Of a stretch of DNA of 64,000 bases, positions 60,077 to 64,000 are shown piece by piece. Position 1 is the first letter of the stretch. The number at the start of each line of letters is the position of its first letter. Source of the stretch: Candidatus Thorarchaeota archaeon (GTDB taxonomy: Archaea; Asgardarchaeota; Thorarchaeia; Thorarchaeales; Thorarchaeaceae); the NCBI GenBank assembly GCA_048882325.1, contig JBHLRS010000012.1, positions 1 to 64,000 on the forward strand. Direction: 5' to 3'. Made by a program: the position numbers and the translations under genes. Under the pieces are notes generated by a model. The model had not been told where the DNA came from. It did not search any database and saw only the letters and a program-made list of their open reading frames with translations.

Positions 60077-61795
60077 TCAGAGATAGTCTGATGCTTCTTT
60101 CTGGGTCAACTTTTTGCCTGCGCTTCGAGCATAGTGTCGAGATAGACTGAGGCATACCAGTACAAATGGTCCAATTGCCAAATACGCATATAATGGACCT
60201 AGGAAGATACCTAATCCCAGAATTACTGAAAGTCCCATGAAACCAATCAAATTGGGTATAAGTTGAGCTCTAAGAATTGACCAGCCTCTGATTGGCATCT
60301 GGACTTGTGCACCTCTTTGTCTAGTTATTATCCGTTCTGCGCGAAAATCACCACCTATGGCTGCGGCATTGGCTGCAATTCCTCCAGCAGCTTGATTGAT
60401 AGCAACAGCGGAGAGTATCAACACGGGCATGTAAATCCACAAACCGGGAGCAATAACGGTAACTAAAATTGACAGAATGGTACTTGCAACGAGAGCGAAT
60501 GGTGCCGAACTATAGATCTTTCCCATTACATAGTCGTACATGCTCATTGGAGCAAGCTGGAGATTCATCAGATTCCGACCTTCGTAAACGAGCTCATAAC
60601 CTGCAAAACTGACTCCATAGGATATGACGAAGGGAACAATGATTGCGATGACAAGGAACTGTGTGAAGCCCATCATCAGTTCACCACCAGCAAATAGCCC
60701 GAAAAGAATGATGACAATGAACCTTAGTGGGCCAACGAGATACTGGGCGAGTACTCGCCCCTCGCGTCTGATGTTTGTGATGTTGTACCAAATTGATGTA
60801 CTTGTGGCCGTATTGAAAGAGAAACCAGGGATTAATTGAGGGTTCCAAAGGTCGTGTACTATTGGTTCTTTGGTCTTTGAGGTTCTCTTGGATCCACTAG
60901 CAAGCCAACCACTATAATGAGCAGTTTCACTCACATAGGCATTCAAATTCACGAGGAAAAAAGCACTAGCGCCATAGAGAAGAGCCAGAAGGACATCATT
61001 TACGATAATAGGTTCTCCAACGAGTAGACTCAAAGACAACGCACTGGTTGCAGCACCTGGACTTAGTCCTGATGTGAACCCAAGCGCTTCTGCAATCTCA
61101 AATAGGACCGGGAAGAGATTCGCAAATCCTCCATCATCTAGGAAGAAGAAGTAATAGTAGAGTGCACTACCAAGGACTGCTAATGAAGTGCCTATGAACC
61201 ACCCAACCTGTTTGAGTCGTCTTCTACCTGCAAGAAAACGAGAGATCATCAGTCCGACGAGTCCTCCAATTGAAACACCAAGGGTTGTTATAACAAGCAT
61301 CATGAAAACAAATGTCGGAATTGAGAGAAGTGCGAAAGCGGCATTCGAGACCATGCTGAGGCCAATGAATATTGGAGTACCAATCGCTAGAAACAACATC
61401 GAGCTATAGAAAATCACAATGATGGTCTTTTCGAGAAACAGGGTTCGCAGAGAAATTGGCATTGTCATGAGATATTCCATACGAGAGGAGTTTCCAACGG
61501 TTGTTGTGCTGAACATTATGGAACTAATAAAAGAAAACAACAGTAGAACATTGAATAATGATGACCCGGCGCCAATGTTTTCGGAGAGTAGTGTGTCAAG
61601 TGCCACCCAACCAATGAGAGGAACAGCCCAGTTGATTATGACAATGATTAGAATTCCAATAGATACTATTACTATTGGACCCAACAACCTGCGAATCATA
61701 CTCTTCTGTTCTGTACGTTTCCCTTTTGCGCCAGAAACTCTGTAACTCTGTGTAAGGTCCTGTCTGAGTAGGACCCATAACTCGGACAGTGTCAC
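60077..61795 (-). CDS. ABC-2 type exporter permease (large)
   Basis: Many TMs; EYLMTMPI...LFLEK and EGRNL..LQLAPM...GK repeats; overlaps the ATPase gene. Confidence 0.85.
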   Translation of the reverse strand: MTLSELWVLLRQDLTQSYRVSGAKGKRTEQKSMIRRLLGPIVIVSIGILIIVIINWAVPLIGWVALDTLLSENIGAGSSLFNVLLLFSFISSIMFSTTTVGNSSRMEYLMTMPISLRTLFLEKTIIVIFYSSMLFLAIGTPIFIGLSMVSNAAFALLSIPTFVFMMLVITTLGVSIGGLVGLMISRFLAGRRRLKQVGWFIGTSLAVLGSALYYYFFFLDDGGFANLFPVLFEIAEALGFTSGLSPGAATSALSLSLLVGEPIIVNDVLLALLYGASAFFLVNLNAYVSETAHYSGWLASGSKRTSKTKEPIVHDLWNPQLIPGFSFNTATSTSIWYNITNIRREGRVLAQYLVGPLRFIVIILFGLFAGGELMMGFTQFLVIAIIVPFVISYGVSFAGYELVYEGRNLMNLQLAPMSMYDYVMGKIYSSAPFALVASTILSILVTVIAPGLWIYMPVLILSAVAINQAAGGIAANAAAIGGDFRAERIITRQRGAQVQMPIRGWSILRAQLIPNLIGFMGLSVILGLGIFLGPLYAYLAIGPFVLVCLSLSRHYARSAGKKLTQKEASDYL

Positions 61796-62556
61796 CTCAC
61801 ATCACCAAGATATTCTGCAATCTTCTGCATATCGGGTCCACCTGTCAAGGACAGAAAAATCTCTTCCAGGGACTCCTCACCCTTTGCTTGTACTCTGAGT
61901 TCAGCCATTGAGCCTTCAGCAACCATCTTTCCCGCATTGATAATCCCGATTCGGTCACAAAGCTGTTCAGCTATTTCTAAAATGTGAGTGCTCATCAGAA
62001 TTGTAGCACCTTTTGCTCGAAGTCCATTAAGTATCTCCTTAATTGTTGCAGCACCTCGTGGATCAATACCAGCTTGGAGCTCATCAAGAATCAAGACTTT
62101 TGGCTGATGTATTAATGCAGCAACAAGACTGATTTTCCGAGACATACCCTTCGAATAAGTCTCGATGAGGTCATCACTTGCATCCTTGATGTCTAAGAGA
62201 GTTAGAAGTTCGTCTAGCTCTTCCTCTCGTTCAGGACCTCTTGGTACACGCCAAATATCGCTGACATAGTTTGCATACTCCCATCCAGTGAGTCGCTCAG
62301 GAAGGACTGGTTCTTCAGGAACATATCCCATCATCATCTTTGCTTCAACAATCTCATCTCTGATGTCAAATCCCATTACTTTAGCTGTTCCCTCTGTCGG
62401 TTTCAATAGCCCGAGCAACATACGCATTGTCGTCGACTTTCCGGATCCGTTGGGACCGAGTAGTCCATAGATTTCCCCGGGGCGCACCTGAAATGAGAGA
62501 TTGTCAACAGCTGTGAACTCGCTGAACATCTTCTTTAGTCCAATGGCTTCAATCAT
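61792..62556 (-). CDS. ABC ATP-binding protein
   Basis: GPNGSGKST, YSKGM, ILDE, STH; probable start 62556. Confidence 0.93.
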   Translation of the reverse strand: MIEAIGLKKMFSEFTAVDNLSFQVRPGEIYGLLGPNGSGKSTTMRMLLGLLKPTEGTAKVMGFDIRDEIVEAKMMMGYVPEEPVLPERLTGWEYANYVSDIWRVPRGPEREEELDELLTLLDIKDASDDLIETYSKGMSRKISLVAALIHQPKVLILDELQAGIDPRGAATIKEILNGLRAKGATILMSTHILEIAEQLCDRIGIINAGKMVAEGSMAELRVQAKGEESLEEIFLSLTGGPDMQKIAEYLGDVR

Positions 62557-62664
62557 CAGAATCGAGGGTCGTTCCTCTGGGGACCATTTATGCCTTAGCA
62601 TCTAAACAAGAACACTTAGTTTCATTTGGTAACTGATATAAGAAGAACTCGTTGGCAAGAAACT

Positions 62665-63759
62665 ATGACACTTGAGAGTTGGAGACTTCTCGATTTAGGA
62701 CCAATCGCCCCAATCGAGACCCAAATTAACTACGATATGATTGCTCAAGGAATTACAGAAGGAGAGTCAGAAAACACCCTCATTATATGCTGGCCAGCTA
62801 AACCTCTCGTGAGTCTAGGGTACTTCCAAGAGATTGAGGCTGACCTTGACACCAAATTCTGTGAGGAAAACGACATTTTCTACACTCGCAGAACTGTGGG
62901 TGGCGGCGGTGTCTATTTAGACGATGGACAAATGTTCTATCAATTGATTGGCAGCCAAGACAGCCCCACCACACCAAAGCGAATCGATGATTATTATGTC
63001 AAGTTTCTTGAAGCGCCAGTTCAAGCCTACAAGAACCTTGGAATTCCAGCAGAATTCAAACCTGTAAACGATATTATCGCAAACGGCAAGAAGATTTCAG
63101 GTAATGGAGCAGGAGATATTGGAGATGCTAGGATTCTCGTTGGCAACTTGATCTTTGACTTCAATTTTGACATGATGGTGAAGGTCTTGAAGGTCCCTGA
63201 CGAGAAGTTTAGGGACAAGATAGCTCAGAGCCTTCGAGAGAGAATGTCAACAATCCTACTGGAAACTGGTAAAATGCCAGAGAGAACCGATGTAAAAGAA
63301 GACTTGTTGCGGCTCTACGAGGAAACACTCGATATTGAGTTGGTTCCTGGAAAGTTCAACAAATGGGAGATAGGAAAGGTCAACGAACTCAAACCGAAGT
63401 ATATGTCCGATGAGTGGCTTCATTGGAGAAGGGGTGGAAGAATAGATGCTAGAACTGTCAGAATCTCAGCCTCGACGAGTGTTGGCACCTCAAACTACAA
63501 AGCACCAGGAGGCCTCATGCGGATAACTGCTGAAGAGGTCGATGGAAAACTGAACGAATTAGTCATCAGTGGCGACTTTTTCATGTTGCCAATGGATGCA
63601 ATCTCCAACCTGGAGAAGACACTCATTGGTGCAAAGACTCAGAATGGCGATATTCGGGTCAAGATTGAGGAAGCCTACTCTAAATTCAATATCGAGTCTC
63701 CAGGTGTTACGCCTGAAGATATAGAAACTGCGATTAAGCTAGCCTTCGAGCAAAAATAA
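62665..63759 (+). CDS. lplA: Lipoate-protein ligase A family
   Basis: SLGYFQ, RRTVGGGGVYLD, NDI..NGKKISGNG, KAPGG...GDFF C-terminal domain. Confidence 0.85.
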   Translation: MTLESWRLLDLGPIAPIETQINYDMIAQGITEGESENTLIICWPAKPLVSLGYFQEIEADLDTKFCEENDIFYTRRTVGGGGVYLDDGQMFYQLIGSQDSPTTPKRIDDYYVKFLEAPVQAYKNLGIPAEFKPVNDIIANGKKISGNGAGDIGDARILVGNLIFDFNFDMMVKVLKVPDEKFRDKIAQSLRERMSTILLETGKMPERTDVKEDLLRLYEETLDIELVPGKFNKWEIGKVNELKPKYMSDEWLHWRRGGRIDARTVRISASTSVGTSNYKAPGGLMRITAEEVDGKLNELVISGDFFMLPMDAISNLEKTLIGAKTQNGDIRVKIEEAYSKFNIESPGVTPEDIETAIKLAFEQK

Positions 63760-63822
63760 CTTCAGAAGCATCCATAAGGATGAGAGGGAGAATCAGGACC
63801 CAACAGAGAGGAGACTAAACTG

Positions 63823-64000
63823 TTGAGCAGCGATTCTCTATTATCCTTTCGTGTGAACGCACCAGGAAGAGTCTGCCTGTTTGGCGAACATAGCGATTAC
63901 TTGGGATTGGATGTTATTGCAGCTGCGATAGACATGTCAATCGAGATTATCGCAAAGCCGCGTGACGACAACACCATTTGCGTGAATTATCTAGATCTTC
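63823..64000 (+). CDS. GHMP kinase (galactokinase-like), partial
   Basis: Hand translation ...APGRVCLFGEHSDYLGLDVIAAAID; GAGGAG RBS; runs off window. Confidence 0.85.
   Translation, partial: MSSDSLLSFRVNAPGRVCLFGEHSDYLGLDVIAAAIDMSIEIIAKPRDDNTICVNYLDL

Noticed and set aside
1288-63218. Numerous short antisense or nested ORFs in the track
   Set aside because: They are shadows of well-supported genes and carry no independent motifs
1-64000. Mobile elements, tRNA/rRNA genes, defence systems
   Set aside because: No transposase, integrase, cloverleaf or rRNA-like sequence recognised; intergenic gaps are short. A covariance-model scan was not possible

Overview
Gene-dense archaeal chromosomal segment with about 50 CDSs. 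I recognised no rRNA, tRNA, CRISPR array or mobile element. The eukaryotic-signature genes (Rab-like GTPase, two longin-like domains, a gelsolin-domain protein, a Vps62-like protein) point to an Asgard archaeon, most plausibly Thorarchaeia (inference). Highlights: (1) A 15-kb operon (18840-33899) encodes an ABC-2 permease and two ABC ATPases, one with two tandem TrmB-C-like domains. It also encodes a membrane-anchored subtilase whose catalytic Ser appears to be replaced by Thr and which carries a GIFT (GldG/IFT52/OST48/site-1-protease-type) domain, and a 2272-aa surface protein (FG-GAP propeller, about 70 TSP3-like repeats, TM, cytoplasmic Ig/appendage-like domain). (2) A four-gene operon (6049-8650) encodes a Zn-finger protein, a longin, a 15-TM (7+1+7) membrane protein and a Rab-like GTPase. 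(3) Arrays of an 18-bp palindrome, GTTTG-N8-CAAAC, lie at two promoters 10 kb apart (36411-36464 and 46645-46739) and predict a small regulon. (4) There is a 44-aa four-Cys ORF missing from the ORF track (5310-5444), a longin/Mrr-fold fusion, and a tandem triplication of beta-helix surface proteins. The rest is metabolic or housekeeping (nadB, pepF, pepD, AOR, Fe-ADH, LplA, GHMP kinase and others). All family calls come from motif recognition by eye; no database searches were run.
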